Shown here in pieces: positions 12,323 to 24,913 of a stretch of DNA of 64,000 nt. The stretch covers positions 1-64,000 of the forward strand of contig JAAOMT010000240.1 of NCBI GenBank assembly GCA_016748015.1, given 5' to 3'. The notes beneath the pieces were generated by a model. The model was not told the DNA's origin, did not search any database, and saw only the letters and a list, made by a program, of their open reading frames with translations. Positions within the stretch are counted from its first letter, which is position 1, and every line of letters starts with the position of its first letter. Both the position numbers and the translations under genes were made by a program. Source of the DNA: Geosiphon pyriformis uo1 (lineage: Eukaryota > Fungi > Glomeromycota).

Positions 12323-12559
12323 ACTATTTAAAGATTTTTATAAGAATATACAAATAAATTTATTTTTTAATAATATTATATCTATTTTTATTATATATAT
12401 ACTATATATATTTAAACCTAAAAAATTTTATAATTTGTAATAATCTATAATAATTTGTATTTATTAAGAGTATAAGTTATTTTAGATTTGACTGTAATAT
12501 TAATAAATTTATAATTAGATTAAATTTAAAAGTTGTTAAAATTAAAACTGAATTTAAAT

Positions 12560-12560
12560 A

Positions 12561-12617
<57 letters not shown>
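12560..12617. repeat. (AAT)n followed by (ATT)n, self-complementary microsatellite
   Basis: Read directly from the sequence. Confidence 0.9.
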
Positions 12618-12618
<1 letters not shown>

Positions 12619-12789
12619 AATTTTGTTATTAATAAAAAAACATATATTTAAATAATAATTTTATGAAAATTACAGTTATTTAATATTAAATCTTATATTC
12701 AATTAAGTAATTTAATAAAAAACAATAATTTATTAGTTGTTTTTATGCAAAAAATGACTTTTTAAAATAAGTTTTTATATTATATTTAA

Positions 12790-12920
12790 TTTAGTTTAGC
12801 TTTAACTAATTTAAATAACTAGTTATATATAAAAAACACATGAATTATAATTATTAAGATTTTATATTTTAGTTATAATTAGTAATTAAATTATATTTTA
12901 TTAAAACAATAAAAAAAATT
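12790..12920 (+). mobile_element. Heavily eroded LINE 3'UTR remnant
   Basis: 12803-12843 aligns without gaps to the reverse complement of 4104-4144, with only G>A/C>T changes. Confidence 0.8.
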
Positions 12921-13067
12921 TAAAAATTAATAATTATAATTATAAATTTAATAAAATAAGTAAATAAATTTATTTTTTTGACAAAAAAATTATTAATTAA
13001 ATTTTTCAATAATTATATATTTTTACTAAAAATTTTAATTGTTTTTTAAAATATTAATATTAAATTT

Positions 13068-14038
13068 AGGCCTGTCTCTAGAAATGTTCATCATGTTGTC
13101 AAAAATTTATTCAATGCTGTTTATTCTGTTGGTTGGGAGGCCAAATATGTTGGTAAAGTTATTGGTGCAGAGCTTTGTGGCCATTTTGATAAGACCAAGA
13201 TTTTTTGTGTTTAATATTCTAATAGCAAAATTAGGTCTGACTATACTTGTACTGCATCAATAGTGCTTCAGTCATACTTTATGAAGACATTTTACCATTA
13301 CTTGTCAGTGGCCAAAAAAAAAAGATGTATAATCTGAGATATCCAAGTATTGCTTGCATTCAGTGTGGTTTGATAGAAGACTCTAATCACATATTTTCTT
13401 GTGTTTATGATATTAATGTTCAGAAAACTTTATTGTCTAATGCTACTTTGGAATAAAATGTATTGTTGAGCACTTTTGTCAATAGGAACATGATTGCTAA
13501 TTCACTGAATGAGGCCACTTTTTTCTTCAACTTATTCACAGTACTGGCTAAGAGTTTTGTGTTAAAGAGTTGAGTGGTTAATATGGTAGGCTGTTTGGGT
13601 GCTAATTCTGGTGAAGGTGCATTGGTTGTCAATTTTGTTTATCATTTTACTGAAAGTTACAGATCTGCCATTTGGTTTTCTGCAGCTAAGTTAAGATCTT
13701 TTTATGAAAAGCATTACCTCTTGTCATATAACAGTTTTTTTTTCCTTCAGCATTTAATGTGTTTTTCTTGTGATCTGCTAGAATGATCTGAGATTTTGGT
13801 TTCAGGTTAGGTATCCATGTATGCTTTGAGTTGTATTCATGTCTGGCCAAATTAGATTTTGGTTTCTTGTATAATATTTCTGTGATAAAAAATCTAAGTG
13901 TGTAGTGCTGTTTTAATTGGCCCAAGTGACTGATCACATGTAGAAAAAGCATGAACCATGCTTAATTTAGATTTTGTTTTGTTTTTATGTATTTAAGTAG
14001 TAGTTGGGCTATATTTGTAAAACTTAATAAAAAAAAAA
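13068..14038 (+). mobile_element. 5'-truncated LINE (ORF2 C-terminus, 3'UTR, A tail)
   Basis: YPSIACIQCGLIEDSNHIFSC finger, conserved 3'UTR, A-run at ~14029-14038. Confidence 0.88.
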
Positions 14039-14188
14039 TTTATTATTAAATTTATTATTAATAAAAACTATTAATATATTTATTTTTAAAGTATTTTTTT
14101 ATGTTTTAAACTATATATGTTATTAAACTTATAATAAAATATTCAATTCTGTATTAATAATTTTTATATTATTACTTAATATTTTATA

Positions 14189-14340
14189 TTTAATGAGTAA
14201 AATCCAACTGCTATCTAGTATACAGAATCAAACCAAGTAATTTCAACTAAATGCAATTTATGTATTGGCTACATATAATTATTATTTAATAATAAAAGTT
14301 TTTGTATGCTAGATAGTAATTGGGCCATACTTGTTAAATA
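14189..14340. mobile_element. Two very short LINE 3'-end fragments in inverted orientation
   Basis: 14189-14285 matches the (-) LINE 3'UTR (cf. 22490-22590). 14301-14340 matches the (+) LINE 3' end (cf. 13988-14022). Confidence 0.7.
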
Positions 14341-15430
14341 TTAATAATAATAAAATTTATTTAAATTTAATATAATTTTTAATATGTTAATTAAAATTGC
14401 AAAATTTAAACAAAAAATTTTTTTTTATTAATTTGTAATAATTAATTAATTAATTTTTTGTTTTTTTAATAATTTAAGAAAATTTTTAAATTAATTTATT
14501 TTTTTTGGTAAATTAACTTATTTTTATTATGTGATATTATTTATATTATAGTTTTATATTCAACTATAAAAATATATTAATAAGATTATAATCAAAAAAC
14601 TCTAAAATAAACTTAATAAATTTTCTTTTAATTTTATAAATAATTATGTTTTTTTATAAAATTATAAATTATATTTAGATAATATTACTATTTTCAGAAA
14701 TATTATATAGTTTTTATAAAATAATAATATAAAATCAAAATACTTTTAAGAATATATAATTATAAAACAATGTTTTACTACTAATAGTATTTGTATTATC
14801 TTTAAATATAATTAAAAAAATAATATATAATGTTTTTAAAAGACTTGTATTAGAATATTAACAACAAAAAACAGCAATTTAATAAACAGACATATTTTTA
14901 AAAAATAAATTCAATTAATTCAAATTTTAATCATATTTTTTGTAATAAAAATTTTTTTAATAAATTTAAAAATGTTTTTTAAATATTTTAAATTATTTTA
15001 AACAAAATATTGCTTATTAAAAATTATTTATTTAATAAAATTTATATTAATTTAAAATTATTAAAAATAGTTTTTTTTAAATTCAAGTATATAAATATAA
15101 AATTTGTAAGAAACAAGACTATAATATTTAAATCTGTTTATAATAAAGTATTTTTTAATTATAAAACACTATAAATTATTTAAGACATAATAAAAAATTA
15201 AATATATAATTTATATTTAATTTTATATAAAAAAAAGTTATTTTTTATTTTAATTAAACTAATATTTATTAGAATTACTAATAAATAAATATTAAAATAT
15301 TATATATATTAATATTATATATTGTAATTAAGTCGATTTAACAAAAAAAACAAATTAATTTAGCAATTTTCTAAATAAAACTTAGCATAATATTTATGAC
15401 AAAAAATATAATATATAATTTAATAAATAT

Positions 15431-18400
15431 TTTTTATTATTATTATTATTTAATGAGCAAGGTCCAAACACTACCTAGGACTATATATCAAAGAAATGAT
15501 TTAAATTAGGTGTGAATTATGTATTTTCCACACATAACCAGCCACTCGAGCCAGTCAGAACAACACTACACAATTATATTAACTGAAACCGGATCACCAA
15601 TACCTGAAAAAAAAGAGCAAGATTTGCGAAAGCCAAAACGGACGCCAAAAGCTTCAGTAACACCAAGCAGCTTAACCACGTCATCTGAGAATCTTGATGC
15701 CAAACTAGAAAGTGAGACGGGAACCGAGCCATCCACTGAGATCAGGCCATTTTTTTCCATGTATACATGATGCTTAGCATGGACCAACCAAATGTTATCC
15801 CTGAAAGTGACACAAATAGAGCACACAAAATCAGCAGCTTTAATGCCAGCAATTTTGGGATCATGGAAAATGGAAACAGTCTCCTGAAGCCATTCTTTGA
15901 AAACAAAACTCTTGCAAAGAGCTGAAAACACCAGAAAATCTGAAGCACAGGTTGACAGCAGCTGTAAAATGCTTGAAAAAGGGAGGAAAAGACCAGAAAG
16001 CACCATCCAAGAAGACATACAGGATTCCAAAACCCGATGACAAGCCGCATCATCAATTATACAAGAAAACACATAATCAGACACCTCCACTTCACCACAA
16101 TACAAACACAAAACACTAGGGTAACATTTATCATAAACGCGCTTTTGAACAGCCATGGAAAGCTGATGGTGTAAAGCTTTTATGAGGTAAGTACGAATAT
16201 CAGCAATGCACCTGCTGGTGAAACCAGTTGCCATATGCAAATCAGAGTGCCAAACTCTGAAAGAGACAAGCTAATCGACATCTGAGTGCAAATCACTAGC
16301 TAGAAACCCAAAACTGAAACCGACCTCCCAGCATGCCTGACAAACAGCACAAAAAACATCTTGAACAAAGTGTCTAGAATTACCAGAAACAATACCACCA
16401 TCCACCAACAAAAAATGTTCATCCACATAAGGAGGGAGAAGCCAAACAGAAAGAGCTGCAGCATCAGCAAAGCTATCAACACAATCATTTCCCAATACAC
16501 CAGAGTGGCCCTTAATCTTGTGCCAGCTAACCCTCAAATTTTTCCTGTGGATAATATTCCTAATATGCTGGCACTCAACTCAATACTGATTACAAAAGTC
16601 AGGATACATCAAGTTCACCTCTGACTTGTAAGCATCTAAAGCTGCCTGGCTATCTGAAAACAGGCAAACAGAATAATCTACAGACACACACTCCAGAGCC
16701 AACGCTATAGCTTGCAACTCCACCAAAGTAAACGACATCAAACCCTGAACACAGACACCCAAACCCAAGTTAATGTCCTCAAAAAAGACAGCAGCCCTGG
16801 CCCTACAACCAGCCATGCCCAAATTTTTTACCGACCCATCTGTATACACAGACAAACTATCAGTACTAACCCAAAAAAGATAATTACATACAGACACAAA
16901 ATCATCAAAACCACGAATATCCACAGAGCCAACACCACCCGAAGCCAAAGGAGAGGAAGGCACACCATTGAGAAATACAACAGAGTGCTCGAACCACTCA
17001 GGAACCGGGCCACGAGAATCCAGTTTCTTCCACCACTTAAAGGTGTACCAATCAAAGATATCCCCACAACGATCCCAAAGCTGATCCACAAAGGCAATGC
17101 CATAATGCCGAAGAGAAGGCAAGTACTTGAAAAACAAGGATTCACTCAAAACAGCAGATATGGACACCCCATCACGAAACCGAAAAGAGCTAGCCAAAGA
17201 GCCACCTAAAGACAAATTGCACCCAAGAAGAATGCATACCATTCCTGACAAGAAATTATTGGAAACACTAACATGGATACAAGCCGGTAAACTCAATGAA
17301 TAAACGGAGCACCAACACAAAACTTGCAAGTCATGAGATCTGTGACTAAACAATTGACCCAGAACCCTACAGGAGTTTGCAAAACTAATAAGTAAAGCAA
17401 CCTTGCTTTCAGACTGACATTGTGAGAAGGACTTCAAACCATAAAAAGAAGAATAATGAATTGTGTCACTAGGAAAATTGAGAGGAAGACCAGATTTAAG
17501 TTTCAAACCTTTGCGAATTAGAGTATCTTACTTGTTGCACACACTGACAGGGATAAAGCTGAACTGTATTCTGTAGCTGACTATAGAATGGAGAACTGCC
17601 AACACCAGGTACAAGAACTGCTTATCTGAAACTGTTTTCTTTAGAACCAAATTGCTGAAAAAACGAACATCCAAATGTGCCTTAGCCAAACTAGGCTTAG
17701 AAAAACCATCAGATGAGAGAAAGATACCAAGATACCAATGAAATTCGCCTTTTTTGGCTATGGAAATGGGTAAACCACTAATAAAAAGAGATGGATTGCT
17801 GATCCTGCTATTAATAGGAATGGCCACAGTTTTGTCATTGTTGATTGAAATGTCATTAATTCGAGAATATGTTGAGTAGCAGTCTGATTGCTGCCAACCC
17901 AAATCGTGTCATTGACAAAGACCCCAGCAGCAAAAAAAGTAGAAAACTCAGTCTGAGATTCAACACAACCATTCCTAGAGACAAAATGAGAATTGAGTCT
18001 ATACCCACACACACTCTCCTGATGCTTGACCTCACACAAAAGAAGATCATAAAATATGCGCCAAAGAAGAGGGGAAAAAACTTCTCCTTGGTCCAACCTA
18101 TTATGTACACTATAACCATCAGTTAAACCGAAATCCATCATAACCCGATTGGTCCGATTTCTATGAATATTACCAAAAAAACGAATAAACTTGCTATACA
18201 TTTTGATCCTGACCAAACACTTCTCGAGATGCTCCCATCTAACAGAGTCATACGCTTTTCGCATATCCTGCAGCACCAGCCAGAGCTCCCGGTTCTTTTC
18301 CAAAGCATCTTCAACAACCAAACCAATAGCAAAAATAGGAGTTTGGGTAGTCGTATCCTTCAAAACTGAAAAATTATTCCCATGAAGAACATCATAAGCA

Positions 18401-21400
18401 CTGCATGCCAGCAATATCCTGTTGGAGAGAATTTTAGAGAGGATCTTATGAGCCATCTCAATCAAGGCTATAAGTCTGGTATTTGTGAGAACACCTTCTC
18501 ATTCATATGGTTTAGGGATCATCGAAACCCAAGCTTCCCTTTAAGGACTAGGCACAGACTTATGAGACAGACAAGAATTCAGAAGCACCAAGAGCATATC
18601 CAGAACAGACCTATCACTATGCATCCACAGCTCATTTGAAATATCTGAAAGACCAGTAGCCTTGCCAACAGACAAATCAGAAACCACGCCAAACAATTCC
18701 AAAAACTCAATTGGCTGCATTACACCAGAAAAAGCCTCATCAAAAACGTAATCCAATGGCCAATACTGACGGTGCCACACATCAGGAACATTGGGAACCA
18801 CTCTATGCTTTCTAGTCCATCTTTTCATGATTTCATCCACTCTTGATCTCACAAGACCAGGTTCCATAACCAGCTCATCGTCCACAACTAAGTGATCCAA
18901 GACAACCTTATGGGAAGGGCACTCCAGAATGCTCCGAATAGTGTGACTCTTGTTCAGCTCAAAACTTTCCATCCTCTTATAGATTGCCGATTTGATTTGA
19001 GATTCCTCTACATGCTTTGATTCTGCCATTTTAAGTGAACAATAAGTTTTTTTGATCTTGGAAAGAGCTGACTGAACAGTATCAAAAGGTGAGCTGGAGA
19101 GAAAGAGAGACCTAACCACAAAGACGTTATCATTATCAAGAGAACTCCAGACTTCCAACAGTGAAATGAATTTGTTACGACAAATCGACTGAGAAGCTTT
19201 AACCAGCTTTGATATCAAAAGTTCTAACTTATGAAATTTGGATGATTCCTTAGTGAAGACACCATCATAGTCCTTAAACCATTTCTTCTTGAATACCTCA
19301 TTAGCTGAAAGAACCATTATCTTGTGAACAATGTCCCACATCGCATCCAAATCTGAGAATCACTGGGAGGCAATAAAATTATCAGAAAACATGGTGGCAT
19401 TAGCTGCTATAGCACCCTTGAACTTGTTCCATTTCACGTTATTAGCACCCTTAAAATTAAACTTCCAACAATTTCTATTTGTCTGTTTGCAAAGAGAGTT
19501 CAATTGTATGTCCAATAAACCACCTAAACCCAAAGACATAGAAACAGCCTGATGGTCCGTTTTGAAATGTTCACCAACATCTGTGACACTGTGGTGTACT
19601 ATCGCATTAACTAAATTTGAAGAAACTAATACGTAGTTAATTGTTTTCTTAATACTCCTAGAGTTCACCCAAGTAAGCAATTTCACAGCTGGGCTTCCTA
19701 TCAAAGAATTTGCCAGACCCAAATTAAGGCACTTCCTAAAACTTGCACATTTACGAGAACCATCTTTATTGAAATTGCCACCAAAAACAATGAAAGAAGA
19801 TTCATTGACAGCCTTCACAATGAGAGAGTTGATCTTACCAGCCTGAGAGAACCAAACTGCTGGAGAAGCACCAGCATAAAGCCCCAGAATCAACACAGAA
19901 AGTTTACCCTTGAAAAGTAATTTAACAGACAGAAGCTGACCAGGCACCTCAGAAATCTTGCACACATAACAAGCCAAAGAAACGTCCATGATAACAGCAA
20001 CACCTGCACCCAAGTGACCAGAGTCTGAACCAGAAGTGAACACTCGGACACCATCAAACTTATCTGCAATCCATGGACGAACCTTATTTCTTAATTTTGT
20101 TTCAGTAACAATAGAGACCAAATTGTTCATTTCCTTATGCCACCTAATAACGTCCTTCTGCTTAGCAGGATTGTTTATGCTTCTGACATTGCACATAGCA
20201 ACTTTCCAGACCAAACTGTTCATTGAGTAAGGGGTAAAGACACCGAGCGCGCACCTATACTATCCACTTTGGCCAAAAAGTCCAGAACCATTTCTATTAG
20301 ACACCTTATGCTGTCTTCCAGCTTAGACACTGAAGACATATCGAAAGACACCACTCCCACAACAGTCCCACCACTAGTAGACACACCTGAGCCCTCACTC
20401 ATCACTACATCCGCCCCTTGATCCTGTGATAAAGGGGTCACCAATGGCTAACATCCAGGGCTAGGCTGGGGAACCATTGGCCTGAGTGCATCCAACCTCT
20501 TAGCCAGCTTACCAACTTGCTCCGCGAGGCAGGCGAGACTGCGCTCAAGAGTGGCGAACCTATTGTTGACTTCCATCATAACCAGCAGGGATAGCTTCAT
20601 CTCCGAAGAGGAGCCATTATTTACCAAAATCTTCTGACTAGAAAGAGGGAGCAAAGAAGACCTGTGAGCAACCTTTGCCCAAGAGAGACCACCAAAAGAG
20701 ACCGGACGAGCAACTGGAGCCGAGCATTTGGCATAAATGGCCACCAGCCTGCTTTTATCTGTGTCCGAGAAAGCCCTATGCAGTGAATTACTAGAAGAAA
20801 ACTTCCTGCCAACTACACAACCCAATGACATATAACCCAACTTCTCACACTTGGCGCATTTAGCAGAAATGAGATGAGACCAGTGGAGATTGGTGTTTCT
20901 AAGTACTGGCATGGTTTCCACAGCAGCATCCAATGATTCAGCAGAGTCGAAGCAAACAACAGCACACCTGGCCCAAACATACGTAACAGAATGACAATTA
21001 ATAATGCATGTTTTCCCATTTATAGATTTAACAAAATACCAGATATTGTGAGCATTAGTCTCCATTGACAATGTGTAAAGCAGCGCCCTATGTCAATCCC
21101 TTGCATCTCATGCCTCTTTGTCTGAATTAGCCCTGGCCACATGTACAGCATTTTTTCCAATTAGAATGGACCACTCAGCTGCGACCAAATCAGCCTAATC
21201 TGGTTGCTCGAATTCTATTACTGCCTTCTGCCACAGCCCAATTAACTGCATCTTGATCGCCTTAATAACTCCAAACTCAGATAGCGCAGTACACACAGTC
21301 TTAGCCGATGTTTTAATTGGAATTTTTTTTATGACCACAGCCCAATTTGATCACCCAGATGATTTTTTGAGATTGGTGTTTACTAGGATCTTCACACTTA

Positions 21401-22165
21401 CAGCCTTATCAGTAGCTTTCATTAGACTCGATTCAGAAGTGAACATCGCTTTGATGATCACTGAGAATTTTGAGGGGATAGATGCCCCTCCAAAACCATT
21501 GATTCCAGAAAATAATTTCCTCACCACCACAAGCTTTTCCTGAGAAAAATTGCCAGCCACCTTATCCAAGCCAATATCTAATGCAAATAACTTCTTGACT
21601 GAAACATTGACCAAGTTTTTCAAAGAAGAGGGAGCTCAAGAGGAGCATCCGAAAGAATACTATCACCATCACTCTTCTTTGAAAAATTAATCTTTCCTAA
21701 TAGCTTGCCTAATGTCTTCTTGGTTTTGACTTTTGAACTCATGGGTGTTTGATCATGATTCCTACCAGCCAGAGCACCATCTTCACCAAAATCAAAGCTG
21801 GTTTCCTCCACCAGACACTCCTCTTCCATATCAATACTCTCAGACTCAGTAGTGTCCCCAGTTTCTGAATCCCATGAACGGCTCTCTTGGACTTTAGAAG
21901 CCACTTTTTCACCACTGGAACCATCTTCCAAAACACCATCCCTTCTCTTCTTTCTCGACAAGACCATCTCAAAACCATCACCAGAACTAGAACTCTTAGC
22001 AGCATTCTTCATGATAGCAGTATATGGGCCAACAGTGGCCTTGTAATCGAACAGAAATGGTTTAGAGATATCGTACTGAATGGTAAAAACTTCTTTCAAA
22101 AAAAACTTTTTAGACTTTTTTTTGGGATTTGTGAATAAATGAGAGAAAGAAGTTTTTTTATTATT
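15431..22165 (-). mobile_element. LINE copy 3, full length, degenerate
   Basis: ORF1 pieces 20220-22013 and ORF2 pieces 15566-20223 (APE, RT, RNase H, finger). (TAA)n-type tail at 15431-15451. Confidence 0.94.
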
Positions 22166-22470
22166 TCCAAGAAGTTTTTTCATAAATATTAAGAATATTA
22201 AACTATATATATTTATATTTATACATAATTTTATATTATTAAGTGTTTTTTTAATGTAATTTAAACCAAAATATTTAATTAAATTAATTATAAAAACTAT
22301 AATTTTTTATTTTTTAATAATAATTAAAATATTAATTATATTAAAAAAAATTATATATATTTTTTCAAATATTTAAAGAAAATAACATAATATTTATAAT
22401 AAAAACATTTAATTTTTAAACAATTAATATAAAAAATAAATTAGTTAAGAACTAGTTTTATAAAATTAAG

Positions 22471-23755
22471 TTTTTTTTTTTATTACGCATTTAATAAGTG
22501 AAGCCCAATCACTATTTAGTACAAAGAGCCAAACTAAGAAGCTCAAACTAAATATGACTCACGTACTTTTTATATGTGGCTAGCCACTTAGGCCAGACAA
22601 AGCAACACTACACACTTATATTAACCAACACATTACCACTCAGACCAGAAAAAAAACCACATAGTCTCTGACAACCAAAGCAAACAGCAATAGACTCAGC
22701 CAGACCAAGCAACCTAACAACACTATCAGACAAAACTGAAGACACCCCATTAGCAAGCCCAGAAATAATGCTGCCATTATAAACCAAACCAGCTTTCTCC
22801 ATCTTCACTCAGTAATTAGATCTTATCAACCACACTTTAGCACGATATAATTCCACAACAAATCTTACAAAGCCAGTAATCCAAGCAACAGCCACCCTCC
22901 TATCATCGAAAACACTACATGCCTTCTTATACCATTTGTCCAACACAAACTTTTTGCAAATCAAAGCATACAGTCCAATATCGATGGAACATTGAGATAG
23001 AACCCGTAGCACAATGGAAGCAGAAAATCCAGAAACACCAGCCAAAACAGACCAATGAATAGAAGTCTCAGCCAAGATTTCTTTACGAATACCAGACTCA
23101 TGAGCACAGGTAAAAGAATGGTCAGAGAACTTCACACTACTGCATAACAAACACAACACACCAGGGTAATACTTGTTATACAACCTCTTCCTGACTGCCA
23201 CTGGCAATCTTCTGTGAACAGCTTTCATAAGATAAGTTCAAAGCACTGAGGACTTATGACTAGTAAAACCAGTGAGCATATAAGAATCAGGATGCCATAT
23301 CATCACAGTGACAATTCAGTTTATGCAAACAATCATCACATCCAAAACTACACCGAAGCCAGAACCAGCTTTCCAATGAGCACAACAAACAGAATGAAAA
23401 ATATCCCTGACAAAATAACAGACATTACCAAAGACAAAAGTACCCTTAGCAACCAAAAAGTGTTCATGCACCCCAGCCAACATGGAAAAAAGAGACCCAG
23501 AGGCAGCTTTAACAGCCAAATCAGCCTCCACATTCTCAGGAACTCCAGAATGGCCCTTTATCTTAACCCAACTCACACTAAGATCTTTATCTTTAACCAA
23601 ATTGAAAATATGACACCTTTCTATTCAGCATTGATTACGAAAATCAGGGGCAGCTAAAGACATCTCAGACACATAAGCATCAATAGCAGTCTGGCTGTCA
23701 AGATGCAACACCACAGTACTTGAAGAAGGAACACACTCCAAAGACAAAACAACGA
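22471..23755 (-). mobile_element. LINE copy 4, 3' segment (RNase H C-terminus, finger, 3'UTR, tail)
   Basis: WVKIKGHSG and CLLCSS..HSFTC motifs. The frame rejoins 31270 once Gypsy-B and one TSD copy are removed (MAKLQVVVLSLECVP). Confidence 0.9.
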
Positions 23756-24009
23756 TGTTACAGTTTAAGAATTTAGAAAAAAGAATCATAAAAATAATAC
23801 AAACTATTCAATCATAATATAGCACAGTAATAATCTTAGAAAGGTAATGATTAACATAGTAGCAAACACCATCTCGCGATAGTGGCAAGCACCAGTTCAC
23901 AATAGCAGCCAACACCAACTGGTGATAGCAGCAAACACCAGGTTGAAATATCAAAGAGAAAGTATTTTCTCATAGAACTACAAACATGTATAGATACAGT
24001 AGTTTTAAT
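23756..24009 (+). repeat. 5' LTR family B (runs into gap)
   Basis: Starts TGTTACAG. 5 differences from 30407-30660. Confidence 0.92.
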
Positions 24010-24913
24010 NNNNNNNNNNNNNNNNNNNNNNNNNNNNNNNNNNNNNNNNNNNNNNNNNNNNNNNNNNNNNNNNNNNNNNNNNNNNNNNNNNNNNNNNNNN
24101 NNNNNNNNNNNNNNNNNNNNNNNNNNNNNNNNNNNNNNNNNNNNNNNNNNNNNNNNNNNNNNNNNNNNNNNNNNNNNNNNNNNNNNNNNNNNNNNNNNNN
24201 NNNNNNNNNNNNNNNNNNNNNNNNNNNNNNNNNNNNNNNNNNNNNNNNNNNNNNNNNNNNNNNNNNNNNNNNNNNNNNNNNNNNNNNNNNNNNNNNNNNN
24301 NNNNNNNNNNNNNNNNNNNNNNNNNNNNNNNNNNNNNNNNNNNNNNNNNNNNNNNNNNNNNNNNNNNNNNNNNNNNNNNNNNNNNNNNNNNNNNNNNNNN
24401 NNNNNNNNNNNNNNNNNNNNNNNNNNNNNNNNNNNNNNNNNNNNNNNNNNNNNNNNNNNNNNNNNNNNNNNNNNNNNNNNNNNNNNNNNNNNNNNNNNNN
24501 NNNNNNNNNNNNNNNNNNNNNNNNNNNNNNNNNNNNNNNNNNNNNNNNNNNNNNNNNNNNNNNNNNNNNNNNNNNNNNNNNNNNNNNNNNNNNNNNNNNN
24601 NNNNNNNNNNNNNNNNNNNNNNNNNNNNNNNNNNNNNNNNNNNNNNNNNNNNNNNNNNNNNNNNNNNNNNNNNNNNNNNNNNNNNNNNNNNNNNNNNNNN
24701 NNNNNNNNNNNNNNNNNNNNNNNNNNNNNNNNNNNNNNNNNNNNNNNNNNNNNNNNNNNNNNNNNNNNNNNNNNNNNNNNNNNNNNNNNNNNNNNNNNNN
24801 NNNNNNNNNNNNNNNNNNNNNNNNNNNNNNNNNNNNNNNNNNNNNNNNNNNNNNNNNNNNNNNNNNNNNNNNNNNNNNNNNNNNNNNNNNNNNNNNNNNN
24901 NNNNNNNNNNNNN
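24010..24913. other. Assembly gap (others: 25318-25337, 28851-29365, 30970-30989, 44490-44636)
   Basis: Runs of N. Confidence 0.99.

Larger units (their letters stand above)
3842..12494 (+). mobile_element. Eroded pogo/Tigger (CENP-B-like) Tc1/mariner-superfamily DNA transposon, split by LINE copy 2
   Basis: 26-bp TIRs 3842-3867 and 12469-12494 (3 mismatches, all transitions), each flanked by TA. Transposase fossil at 11520-12322. Confidence 0.8.
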
